A stretch of 64,000 nucleotides of DNA from an uncultured virus (IMG/VR IMGVR_UViG_3300037961_001397) (taxonomy: Duplodnaviria; Heunggongvirae; Uroviricota; Caudoviricetes): the IMG/VR virus record IMGVR_UViG_3300037961_001397; one strand, 5' to 3'. The first letter of the stretch is position 1. Each line of letters begins with the position of its first letter. Positions 48,594-60,800 of the stretch are shown one piece after another. The notes under the pieces are model-generated. The model did no database searches and was not told the origin of the DNA. It saw only the letters and a list, made by a program, of their open reading frames with translations. The position numbers and the translations under genes were made by a program.

Positions 48594-48624
48594 TTTGTAA
48601 ACTTAAAAAATAAAACTAATTTTG
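48594..48624 (+). promoter_or_regulatory. Bacteroidota primary-sigma-type promoter (TTTG-N19-TAATTTTG)
   Basis: TTTG at 48594-48597 and TAnnTTTG at 48617-48624. Confidence 0.5.
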
Positions 48625-48628
48625 AACT

Positions 48629-51600
48629 ATGGCAACATATATTAAAGGAGCAGATACATATTTACCAGAGATTACTCCGTTTACACCGGATTTTAAATTT
48701 CTGTCTGCTGTTTTAGATACTAGAACAGATAAATATGATGCTAATTTCCAGGCAACTAATGACCTTTATAATAAGGTTGTGTATGCTGATCTATCTAGAC
48801 AAGATACAAAAGATAGAAGAGATCAGTATGCAGAGACTATTGCACCCCAAATTCAACAGATTTCAGGGTTAGATTTATCATTGCAACAAAATGTAGATCA
48901 AGCAAAGTCTGTATTTGCCCCTTTTTATGATGATGATCTTACTGTAAAAGATATTGTTTATACTAAGCAGTATAGAGATGAGATGGCATATGCTAATAGA
49001 TTATTAGATAATCCTGATCAAGTGCAAAGAGAAAAATACTGGGAGACTGGTATTAGAAAGATGCAGTATGAGATGGATGACTTTATAAATGGAAGTGAAT
49101 CAGCAGCATTATCTGCACCACTACCAAAGTATATTGAAGATGCAGACTTAAATGAACTAGCTCAACAGATTTTATCTGAAATGGATCCTCCACTTAAAAT
49201 GAAGATGGACCGTTTTGCTACTGATGAAGATGGTAATGTAAAAACAGACTTTATTATTACAGAACAAAACGGAAGACTTGTTACTGGAGCAGCATTAAAT
49301 ATTATTAAGAATAGATTATTAGATGATCCAAGAGTACAAAGAGCATACTATGCAGATGCATTTGTAAAGAGCAGGGATTTTGCAGCAGCGGGTATGAATG
49401 CTGGTCAGTTTAACACTGTTGAACAAGGTCAACAAGCATGGGCTGATGAAACTATATCAAGAATTAATGCACTTAATGAGCAAAGAACTCAAGAAACTAT
49501 AAGAGAAGTAAAAAAACTTGATGATGCAAATGTACGTTGGTCAAACTATCAAGCCAATAATGGAGTAGTACCTGGTTCTGATGAAGCAGAAGCAATAGAA
49601 GAACAACTATCTATTGCAGAACAAACACAGCAAGCACTTGATGATATGCTTAATATAAATCAAGAAGCTAGAACACCAAGCAAAAGTGTACAGGGTAGTC
49701 TTAATAAAGCATATAATCTACTAATGAACTACAACATTATGGATGATATGCAGAAAGCTGCTACTGACTTTGCTGCAAGAGATCAAGAGTATACTATTAG
49801 AGAGAATAAATTTGCTCTGGCTGAAAAAGAGTTTAAATATGATTTAGCATTAGAAAGAGCAAGAGCTGCAAATGCATTAAATCTTGAAGCAATAAAACAA
49901 AAAAATAGACTTGATTTGGCTGCAGCAAAAGGTGAGCTTATGCAGAATGACCCTCTTGCAAATATGCTAACTAGTAGTACAATTGAGGTTGGTGATGGAT
50001 CTTCTACATTAGTTGCTGTTGATGATGATGGAGAAATCAGTCCTAATACAGATATGGTATTGTTAAATCAGCAACAATTCCAAAATGAAGATAATAAAAT
50101 ACATACTAATCAAGTTAATGGTATACTAGAGTCATTACAGATTTTAGATCCAAAAGGTAATACACCAGCACAAGATCAAACATATCAACTTAAAGGTAGT
50201 GATGGTAATGTTCTTATGGTTGGTGGTGTACCATTAGAAGGTAATATAGAAACACTTAGAAGTTTACTTACTCAAGCTACCACAAATGAAGAAGACGGTT
50301 CTATTATTAGTTATACAAACAGAGCAATTGTAGATCAAATATATGATATACAAGCTGCTAGAGTAAAAGATGCTAAACAAGTTACCATGAATGATCCTAA
50401 TGTAACTCTTAGTGAAGATCAAAGAACACAATATGATGACCTATATAACGGATTTTTTGGTCTTAATGGTATTGAGACACAAAGAAATACTTTAAAGGTA
50501 CATACTGATAAGATAAATCAGTTAACATTGCAAGCATATGAGTTAATGGAAGCTGAAGCATTAGGTGAAAGTAAAGGTAAAAACAACATTAACATCCTTA
50601 CTCAAGCAGGATTCCCAAGAATTGTAGATGCAAACGGTAGTGTATTAAGCAAAGAAGAATATACTAGTTTAATTATTGAAGGTGTACAAAATGGAACTAT
50701 TGAAAATCCAGACCTATATGGCTATGATAGTGGTACAGGAGCTAAAGACTATAAGGTTCATGCTTATACAACTCAGTATAATGAATTTGGTGCAGAGAGA
50801 GTATATCAATATGATAGTCAAGGTAAACCAGTAATGGAAATTGACAGATCAGCAATAGCAAATGATGTTAATGCAATATATGATCAAATGTATCTAATGC
50901 TCAATCAAGCTAGAACAGGTGCTAAGGGTAATATACCTACTGCTACATATAACTCTTTAAGATATGGTGCTGATCAGAATCCATCAGATGCAATCAGTAT
51001 GCCTACATATTCATATCCCATAAATCCGCTGGCTGGCATAGATCCAAATGCACGTGCTGAGATGGTAAATCTTATTGGCCAAATAAAAGAATTTGAAAAG
51101 AAAGGACAAGTGTATGGTATACTTCCTGGTGACTTAGATAATATAGATGTAGAAGATTTGTTAACAAAAAATCCATTAGCTGTAAGAGCATGGGAACTTT
51201 ACAAAGAAGATTTATCTACATACTTAAATGATCCTAAAGTTAGCCGTACAGACAAAATAGCACCAATAGCTACATTAAAATATAAACCAGTATACGGCCC
51301 AGCAGGAGAGGCTGTAAAAACAACAGCTGGATATCAGGTTATATTTAGTCCTGAGTGGTTAGCTTCTAAAAAAGCAGGAACAGAAGATGCACCAGTTGGA
51401 GCATTTACTGCTGCAGAAATTAGACAGCTACAAGGATTAGATGATGAATCAGAAACATCAGCTGGAATTTCTATAGTATTTGACCAAAAGCTTGATAGAA
51501 ATACTAAAGGAACAAACAACTCATATTACTCTTTTGTAGAGACTGATATACTTGCAAGTGAAAATGGATTTGCAGATTATACTATACCTGATGGTTTAGT

Positions 51601-51871
51601 TAATACTGCAGAATACAGAGTCATTAAAGCTGGAACTGGAGATTATAAAATAAACTATACTGTAAATAGATATGTACCATATGATCCTAATGCTGCACAA
51701 GGCACAACAGGAATATATGTACCCGAAACAGCAACTGCACCTGTAGATTTTTCATTAGGTTTACCTGGTGTAGATAGACAAGTAAAAGAACTACAATCTT
51801 ATTTTGAAGGCATACGTAATTCAAATAGACTTGCCAAGAAAAAAGATGCAGAGCAATACGGAGAGAGATAA
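48629..51871 (+). CDS. Large putative virion cargo protein upstream of the RNA polymerase
   Basis: 1080 aa with a helical N-terminal half and a TAATG overlap with the next gene. Confidence 0.6.
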   Translation: MATYIKGADTYLPEITPFTPDFKFLSAVLDTRTDKYDANFQATNDLYNKVVYADLSRQDTKDRRDQYAETIAPQIQQISGLDLSLQQNVDQAKSVFAPFYDDDLTVKDIVYTKQYRDEMAYANRLLDNPDQVQREKYWETGIRKMQYEMDDFINGSESAALSAPLPKYIEDADLNELAQQILSEMDPPLKMKMDRFATDEDGNVKTDFIITEQNGRLVTGAALNIIKNRLLDDPRVQRAYYADAFVKSRDFAAAGMNAGQFNTVEQGQQAWADETISRINALNEQRTQETIREVKKLDDANVRWSNYQANNGVVPGSDEAEAIEEQLSIAEQTQQALDDMLNINQEARTPSKSVQGSLNKAYNLLMNYNIMDDMQKAATDFAARDQEYTIRENKFALAEKEFKYDLALERARAANALNLEAIKQKNRLDLAAAKGELMQNDPLANMLTSSTIEVGDGSSTLVAVDDDGEISPNTDMVLLNQQQFQNEDNKIHTNQVNGILESLQILDPKGNTPAQDQTYQLKGSDGNVLMVGGVPLEGNIETLRSLLTQATTNEEDGSIISYTNRAIVDQIYDIQAARVKDAKQVTMNDPNVTLSEDQRTQYDDLYNGFFGLNGIETQRNTLKVHTDKINQLTLQAYELMEAEALGESKGKNNINILTQAGFPRIVDANGSVLSKEEYTSLIIEGVQNGTIENPDLYGYDSGTGAKDYKVHAYTTQYNEFGAERVYQYDSQGKPVMEIDRSAIANDVNAIYDQMYLMLNQARTGAKGNIPTATYNSLRYGADQNPSDAISMPTYSYPINPLAGIDPNARAEMVNLIGQIKEFEKKGQVYGILPGDLDNIDVEDLLTKNPLAVRAWELYKEDLSTYLNDPKVSRTDKIAPIATLKYKPVYGPAGEAVKTTAGYQVIFSPEWLASKKAGTEDAPVGAFTAAEIRQLQGLDDESETSAGISIVFDQKLDRNTKGTNNSYYSFVETDILASENGFADYTIPDGLVNTAEYRVIKAGTGDYKINYTVNRYVPYDPNAAQGTTGIYVPETATAPVDFSLGLPGVDRQVKELQSYFEGIRNSNRLAKKKDAEQYGER

Positions 51872-54800
51872 TGGAAGATAACAATAACACATCTTTGGAT
51901 ACTACTATCAAAAGTAGTGAGAGACAGGCTAGCGTAATTCCTCAAGAACAATTTAGTTTTGTTCCAGTTGAGAGTATGTTTGAATCACCTGAGACAGACT
52001 TAGCTGCAGCAATAGCAACTAATCCTGATGAGATTGCTCTAATAGATCAACATAAAGTTGATATAGATAGATATGGTATTGATGCTATGGCTAATCTTGG
52101 TGTAGCACGTCCTACTTTAGCAACTGATACATTTGATCCTGTACTTCAACAGAATCCTCCACAAAATACATATAGCAACGTTAGAAACATATTACAAGCA
52201 AGATCTGATGGTCCTGCGGCAGATGTAGTTGCTCCTACATTTTCTGGTATTAGAGCTAATAATTTTCTTAGATACTTTGAGCATCCAGAGTTTGAAGAGT
52301 TAGGTTACAGGCCATACGCTAACATGGAAGAGTATTATAATGCTAATTCTACTGTATGGGATGATATGGCTAGAATGCGTGGTCAATTTGGTAGTCTTGT
52401 TGGTTCAGGATTTACTAGNNNNNNNNNNTTTTACTGCACCTGATTTAAATACAGCCACAGAGTTTGAGGATGCTATGGCAATAGGTAACTCAAGTAGAGG
52501 TGGTGCATTGGCTTGGACTAATAACTTATTACTAAATAGTGGTTATACATTTGGTATTATTGGTTCTATTGCTGTAGAAGAACTTGCATTAGCTGGTGCA
52601 ACAGTGCTAACAGGTGGTGGTGCAGCCCCAGTTGCAGCAACAAGAACTGGTTATAATGTTTTAAGACTTGGTAAGCTTGGCTTACAAGTACCTAAATTCT
52701 TTTCTAAGAGTAGAGAGTTCTTAAATACACTAAGAAATGTAGATGCAGCTAAAGATTTCTGGTCTGCTGCAAGTACAGGTGGTAAAGTATTAGGGCAGAT
52801 GTTTACTCCAAACACAATTTATGCAATTAAAAATTTAAAGACAACAAAGAATACAGTTCAAAATGGTTTTAACTTAGCTAAGATGAGAGCCGGTTTTGGT
52901 GGCTTTTATAGAGATCTAAGAGCTGTAAATCTTGCCGTAGCTGAAAGTAAGCTAGAAGGTGGTATGGTTTACAATGAAATTGTAAGAGAAGGGGTTGATA
53001 TAATGCAAAACAAATCAGGTGGCACAGTTACTCCTGATGAAATGGCTACTATACAAAGTAAAGCTGCTAAAGGTGCATACTATACATCATTAGCTAATGC
53101 ACCTATTATTTATGCTAGTAACTGGTTTGTACTAGGAAATGCATTAGGAGGTTTTAATAGATCACTAGGTAGAGTATTTAATGATAGCTTTAGAAAAGGC
53201 TTTGCTGGTAGAATTATAAAAACAAAAGCAACAAGAGATGCTGCAGGTAAATTAAATAAAAATGTATTTAGTGATGCAGGAGCAGGATTTAAGGGCTGGT
53301 TAAAGAAAGTTAGAGCAGGCGGCATAAAAGGTAATGCTGGTATGGCTGCTGCTGCAACTTTAAGATATTTTGCTGCTAATGTTGCTGAGGGTATACAAGA
53401 AGTATCACAAGAAGCTGTGTCATCAGCAACAAGAGGTTACTTTACAACTGTACTTGAAGACCCAATGGCTGGTGGTATAGAGTTACAAAATGATATGATC
53501 CTATCTGGTATGGGTGATCAGCTTAGTGGAGAAGGTTTTAGTGTATTTATGTCTGGATTCTTGATGGGTGGTATTGTACAAGGACCACAAAAATTATTTT
53601 TTCAGGGTGTTCCAGCAATCTATGATTACGGTCTTAATCCTTTAGGTATAAATGTTGGTACGCAAAAACAAAAAGATGCTTTTGCAGAATATAAAAAGAA
53701 CAAAGAAGAGTTAATCAAGAGTCTTGTAGAAACACATAACAATGCATGGAATAGTCAAGTAGATGATCCAACAGCTATGTTTGATCCTAATAAGTTAAAC
53801 TTTATGGTTCAAAAGCAAGTAGCAGACGCTATGAAGAGCAATGTATTTGATCAAGATAAGTTTGGTTTTATAGATCAAAAAGACTTTGCTAAGTTTCAGC
53901 AGATGTATACTATATTCCAAATGGGTACATCTAATATATTCAGAGGTCAGTTACAAGACTACTTAACTATGACTGATGAAGAATTAGCAGAAGCATTCCC
54001 ATCATCTAAAACAGATATTAAACAGGGTAAAATTAGAAGTAGGATTCAGGATATGATCAACAACATAGATAAGGTTGAGGATCAATATAATGAAGCTAAG
54101 AATAGATTCCAAAACCCTTTTGATAGAACTCAATATAAAAAAGGTACAAGAGAGTATATACAAGAAGCACTTAAAGAATCAGCATATGAACATGCTAGAT
54201 ATCTTTATATGTTCACTCAAGATGGATTTACACGTGCATTAGAAAGATCTAATTCTATATTTCAGAATCTTGCAAATGATCCACTATTTGAGAACATGGC
54301 GGCTAGTGATATGACAGTGTTGTTAGATCTAGATGCTATAGATAATGAGTTAAGGTTACTTGCTACTGAGATTATAATCAATGAAGGTGATAATGCTACA
54401 ACTAGAAAGGATAAAAAGAAAAAAGAAGAAAAGTTAAAAAGACTTACAGCTATCAAAGCTATTCTTACAGATCCTAAGAACTTAACAAAGAGTGGTGCTT
54501 TTGATAGAAGAAAGATTAGCACTCTTAGAAAAGAGTTTTATAACTATGTAAGATATATGGCATCTTCTGCTGGATCTTTTGTAGATAATACAAAGATAGA
54601 TGAGGCACTAAAAGAAGTGGTAGATTATCATGCATTAAAAGATAGAGCTAAGGTTTATGATAAAGCTATTGAGTATTTACAAAACCCAGAAAGATTTAAT
54701 GAGATTGTTGATAGACAATTAGAAATCAACAAAGAAATATATAAAAATCTTCAAAAGAGACACAAACAAAATATTGAAAAGTATATAGAAATTGTTGAGG

Positions 54801-57800
54801 CAAATCAATTAGTAAATGAATTAGCTGAGCTTGGTGTCTATGGAGATCCTACAGAAGTCAAGAATTTCTTGATGAGTGGTAATGCAAACTATCTAAANNN
54901 NNNNNNNCAGAGCAAGGTTTAGTTGATAAGAGAGTTGATAAAGCAAAGTATGAGCAAATTCAAAGAAAACTTGATACATATAGAAAGGCTACTGAAGTTG
55001 ATACAACAGAAGCAACAGAAACTAGTGAGAAACAAGCTCAGGTTGATGCACAAGAAACAAAAAATACCCAAGACCAAATCTTAGAAGATAATGAGGTTGA
55101 TGTAATATTACCTGAAACTAATAATACTCCTATGCTTAATGAGTTATTAGAGAGAAGATATAAAAGGTATGCATCTACACAGGCTGTAATTGGAGAAAAG
55201 GTATTACCATTTGAAGAGTGGAGAAATACAGAAGAAGGCCTTACATTACAAAATACATTTAATGCTATAAAGAAAGTATGGGCACAAGGATACTATACTA
55301 CTGATGCAAAAGGTAATGCAGTATTTGTAGAAGTATCAGAAGCAGATTTAAAATCAGAAAAAGGGTTTAAGGAATATTTAAATTCAAGAGAGGCTAGAGA
55401 AAGTGATTTAATAGCTAGTGTTTTAAAATCTGCTGGTTTAGAAATTTCTGATATTGTAGAGCAAGAAGAGACATTACCAGAAGAAGGTGATATAGTAAAA
55501 GGTGATAAGAATAAAACTATCTATAAGAAAGGTATAATTGCTAATGTTGTTAAGATTACTACAATAGATCCTGTATCAGGAGATGCAGTAGCTTTATTCA
55601 AATTAGTAGATAGCCAAGGTAATAATTTACCATCAGCATTGTTAGACCTAGTTAGTTCCCAATATGGTACATTTGATAATGCTAGTTCTGCAGTAGCAGC
55701 ACTTAAGAAGATAGAAAAGACAGCACCGGACTCAGCAGACTTTTTGTTTGATGATGTTGTACTAAATCAAGGTATGCTTGTATATGACAAGAATGGTAAA
55801 GAATTTGTTGTATTAAGCACACCAAAGCAAATACAAGGTGGTTACTTACGTTTAGTTGCATCAGAAGACAACATTGCTAACGTAAAAGAAAGAGAGAAAA
55901 AAGTAATCAAGTTACAAGAGGGTCAGTTTGCAAATAACTATTCTGTACAGGAACTTAAGTTTGAGGTACTACCTAAGAATGTATCTAGACTGAACATCAG
56001 TGAGCCTATTACGCCATNNNNNNNNNNNNNNNNNNNNNNNNNNNNNNNNNNNNNNNNNNNNNNNNNNNNNNNNNNNNNNNNNNNNNNNNNNNACTATACC
56101 CGGTAACCCTTCTAATCCTTATATAAAGATTAAAAGAAGTAAGTATGTTATTGGTCTTAGGATAAATAACCCAGATACTCAAGCAAGAGTTAATTTAGTT
56201 CTTGAAAGAAATGGTATACCACAAGTAGATAGTGATCAAAATATATTTGCATACCTACCAAATCAAAATGTTGAGATGGTAGATCCGCAAGGTAATATTA
56301 TAGATCCTAGAAACATGTCTAGAGATCAAGCTAATAATACAATATTTGTAAGCAACACACTTAGTCAACAGATGAGTAAGCCAGATATATTAAAACTTGC
56401 TCAAAACAATTTTGCACTAAATGCACTATTAGTATCTACACTTGACTCCCTAGGTATTACATCAGAAACTACAGCTGTTTTATCTGCTAATGATTTACCG
56501 TTTAGTATGTCTATTATTATAGAGGGCGGTGTAATGGATTATGATAATAGTTCTACAAGGTCTCTAAGAGATTTAAATTATCAGTCTGCAGATAACCAAG
56601 GTAACTTCTTAGTCTATGATTTAAAGATGGGCAAGGATGGTAAGAGAACAGAACAATCAATAACTAATCTAGAAGGCTCTGAGGCACGTGCTTTAAGAGA
56701 TCAGGTAGAAGCAGGATTGAAAGCTCAAGGTTTATGGAATCAAATGATAGAAGGTACAGACAGATATGTAGCTGCTGTATTATTACCAAATGGTACATAT
56801 GGTTTAGTAAACTTAAAGGCAGAACAGTTTAGTGCAGAAGACTTGACTGGTTTAGCTACAGACTTGGTAGAAAGAGCACAGCTTACACAAAAAGAAAATC
56901 TTGATGATAAAGGGAAAGAAAAAGATTTAGCTTATAATAGTGAATATAATGCACAGTTAGGAGAAAGTTTATTTATTAGTACTATCCCTGGATATACAGT
57001 ACAATTACAAGTTAATCCTTTTGGTAAAATACAGATGCAGCTCTTTGATAAGACAAGCCAGCAGCAAGTTGGTAAGACTGTAGAGCTATCTAAGGATAAG
57101 ATCAATGATACATCTTTAAGTGTATCTGATAAGATGCAAACATTAATTGATTCATTTAATGAAGAAGCTGACATCAAAGCATCAGGTGTAAGTATCAGTG
57201 GTAAGAACTTCAGAAACTCATTTCCTGATGGAACTACGGTAGAAGAAATTATTAGTAAAACAAGCACTAATGTTACACCGCAGGTTATCAAGCAACAGAA
57301 ATTAAGACTTACTGCTGACTCAGCAGCAATACAAGCATCAAGAGATGTTGATGCAAATACAGATAGAAAAGTAGAGCCTATTGCAAGACCAGAGCCAACA
57401 GTAACTATTGCTGAAGAAGCTGAAGAAAGTATATTAGATCTTAGTGAAGAAGAGTTTAATGATTATGCAGCTGATGACTTTGTTAATATGCCATCAGAGT
57501 TTATGGAGCATATTGTAAATAAAAAGCTAAGAGGTGAAGAACTTAATGATAGAGAAAAACAAGTAGAAAGAATAAAGCTTAGTGAAATTACACTGGCTGT
57601 TGCTAAACGTGGTGGTGAAGGTTCAGTTACTATTGAGACTGAGACAGAAACAGTTGAGAAAAAAGATTCTCTATCACAAGTTATTAGGCAACTTGATGAG
57701 TTAAAAGCTCAATTACTTGAAGGAGTTGATGGTAGAAGTAGAAACAAAGTACTAAGAGAAAATAAAGAGTACCAAGATCTTTTAAAGATACGGAAGGCAC

Positions 57801-60800
57801 TTGAGAAAGAAGCAAACAAAGTATTGCCAGCTGAACTATCTAATGAAGATATAGAAGACATAAATGCATTTACAGTATGGGCAAGTGATAACTTACCAGA
57901 CTATATAGATATACAAGACATTGCTACTTTAGGTAATAATCTTAAGGCAGGTGGTGTACGTGTAGGTGCATTTGTTCTTGGTTTAAATAATATTGCAGGT
58001 AATGTAAAAGTATCAGGTACAATATATACAGGTGCAAGAAGCCCATTTAAATATCATGAGGCTTTCCACGGTGTATTTAGAATGTTGTTATCTGATCAAG
58101 ATATAGCAAGGTACCGTAGCATTGCTAGAAAAGAAGTACGTGCAAAACTCAGAGCAGAAGGTAAAAGTTTTGAGAAAGAACTACAAAGATTTAGAAACTC
58201 TGCTGATACATATACTAATATGAGCAGAAAGGAACTTGAGAATGAGTACTATGAAGAGTATATGGCAGATGAGTTTGAGAAGTTTAAGACAAATCCAAAG
58301 AGCACTAAGACAGATGCTAGTATCAAGTCTTTATTTACTAGGATTTTGGATTGGATTAGATCTGTATTTAGTTCATATAACAAGAACGAGTTACAAACAT
58401 TATTTGAAAAAATTGACTCAGGTAAATTTAAGGGTGCGTCAATAGCGTCAAATGAGTTTACTGCACCATTGGTAGAAGGTATAAGTGTAGAAGCAAATGC
58501 ATTGATACCTTACGCATCAGAAAGATCAGGTGATAAAGTTGGTTATATTTATTTAGATAGTGATATAGCAGATCCAATGATCCGTAGTATAGCAGCAATG
58601 TTTTTAAATAGAACATCAGCTATAGAAGGAGCATATAATCCACAAGCTGTTTTAAATGAGCTTATGGATGATTTTGCTTGGTTATATAGTCCTGACAACC
58701 CAACTAACCAAAACAAAGATGAGTTACAAAAGAAAAGACTATCTGAAATAGAATTAGCTTTTGATAATTACTCACAAGAAATATTAGAAGAAACTGTTAA
58801 GCTTTTAAATATTATTAGTGATCAAGATGTAGATCAAGAATTTACAGTTGATGAATTCCAAGATGATACAGGTCTAAGAACTACATCTCAGTATGACAAG
58901 GATGCATCACTAATTGGAGGATTTAGATCATTATCTTCTAAATTAAGAGCTTATATTGCAACAACAACTGTTGCGTCAACAGACTACTTTGGTAATGAAG
59001 AGCTGGTTGATGGTGAAAAATTAATTGTAGCTGTCAACTTTGTAGATGCATATAATGGATTATTAAAATCTGTAAAAAGTATAGAGGATCCATTGAAGAT
59101 CTTACAGAGCATGTACTTCTTTGGTCAAGACAATCCACAAGCTGGAGCTGTTGTAAATAGAATTTTACAAGATGTAGGAATATCAGAAGAAGAATTACTA
59201 TCTGGTGCTTCATTACCAGTAGAGTTGAAAAATGCACCATTATTACAGTCTATTCTAAAAGGTTTTGAAAACTTTAGAGTTGACTATATATTTAATGAAA
59301 GAGATTCACAAGGTAATATAAGAATCTACAGTGCATCTGAAAGAGATGATATTAACTCACAACTTGATAGATGGAGCCAAGCTTTTATTAGTAAAAGAAA
59401 ACAACTGGTATCTAACCCAAAAAGAAAGAGAGCAACAAAGAACTTATTAGAAGATATATCATCTGATCTACAAGTATCTGAAAAAGCAATTACTAATGTT
59501 AGAATGGAAAATGACTCTAAAAAATACTCAGAGTTATTATTTGATTTAGTTGGTATAAAGCTTAGTCCTATGTATTTGCAGTTTAGTATGGTGGCTAATA
59601 GACCATCTAATAAACTTACTGTAAAACAAAAAGCATTAGTTAATTTATATGCACAAGAAACACCTTTATCTGTAGATGATGTAAATCAGTTAAACTTATT
59701 ACTGCAACAAGATCAGAATATTTTTGCAACAGATGACTCAGGAATGAGCTCAAGACTAAAAGTAATGAGTATAAATAATGCTCCTTTTGATGAAACAATT
59801 GGTGCATCAGTATTTAAAAATCCAAATGGTGATTTGGTATATGCACATCAGCTGCCTACATACCATCTTAAAAAAGTAGCATCATTAAATAACCAGGTTG
59901 AGTTAGAAAAAATCAAAGACTCTGACCCATATATGGACAACAATTACCTGCTTAATAATAGTGCCTTTAATAAAATGTCTGAAGAGAATAGACTAAAAGT
60001 AACTAGAGTTGCTGGTAGTAAAGTAGGACAGTCATTACAGAGTGAGTCTGATATTAATGATAATATATCTGGTGTTACATCAACATCTACATATGGTGAT
60101 TTTACTCCACAAGAGTTTGCACTTAGTATTATAAATAATTACACTGCTTTATTCAATACAAAAAGTAATAGAGTACAAACTGTAGAAAGCTTAGATGAAG
60201 AGGGTAAAGCTATTGTTACGGCACTAGCTCCTGTATTAATTAGAGTTATGGAAGCTTCTAACACAGGGGATATGATTAATCTTCCTGTGATCAAAGCTGT
60301 TGAGTTTGTAAATGGTGAAGCGGTATTAACAGAGGAAGCTGTAGATGTATATGTAAATCAAATAAGAACTGAATTCTCTAGAATAAATAGAGAATCAAAT
60401 GAAGCAACACTTACGGGTGAAGAGATACTTGGTTATAATAGTATTGATGGTAGAGCTTATAAGCTTCACAATACTAGACTTCTATTAAGTAATGAAACTA
60501 AAACAAAATTAGAAGGTATTGCAGTATCACAAGGTAAAGATGGGAATCCTATAACTCTTGATGAGTCACTAAAGTTTGCAGGTATTACTATGACACAACT
60601 AAGAAAAGAAGTTGTAGATAATTTAGAAATACAATTTAATGAGTTTCAAGAACTAATTACAGAACTTAAGATAAAAGATCAGATATCTAAAAACATAACA
60701 GATGGTTTAGTTGTTGCACAAGGTGTATCTAGAAAGAATACTATAGCATCTGCAAAGGCACTGAACCTAAACTTTGATGAGACACATAACCTAAAACAGA

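Noticed and set aside
52419..56092. Apparent pseudogenisation or programmed frameshifts in the RNA polymerase gene
   Set aside because: All three breaks fall at N-gaps (52419-52428, 54898-54907, 56018-56092) and are assembly artefacts.
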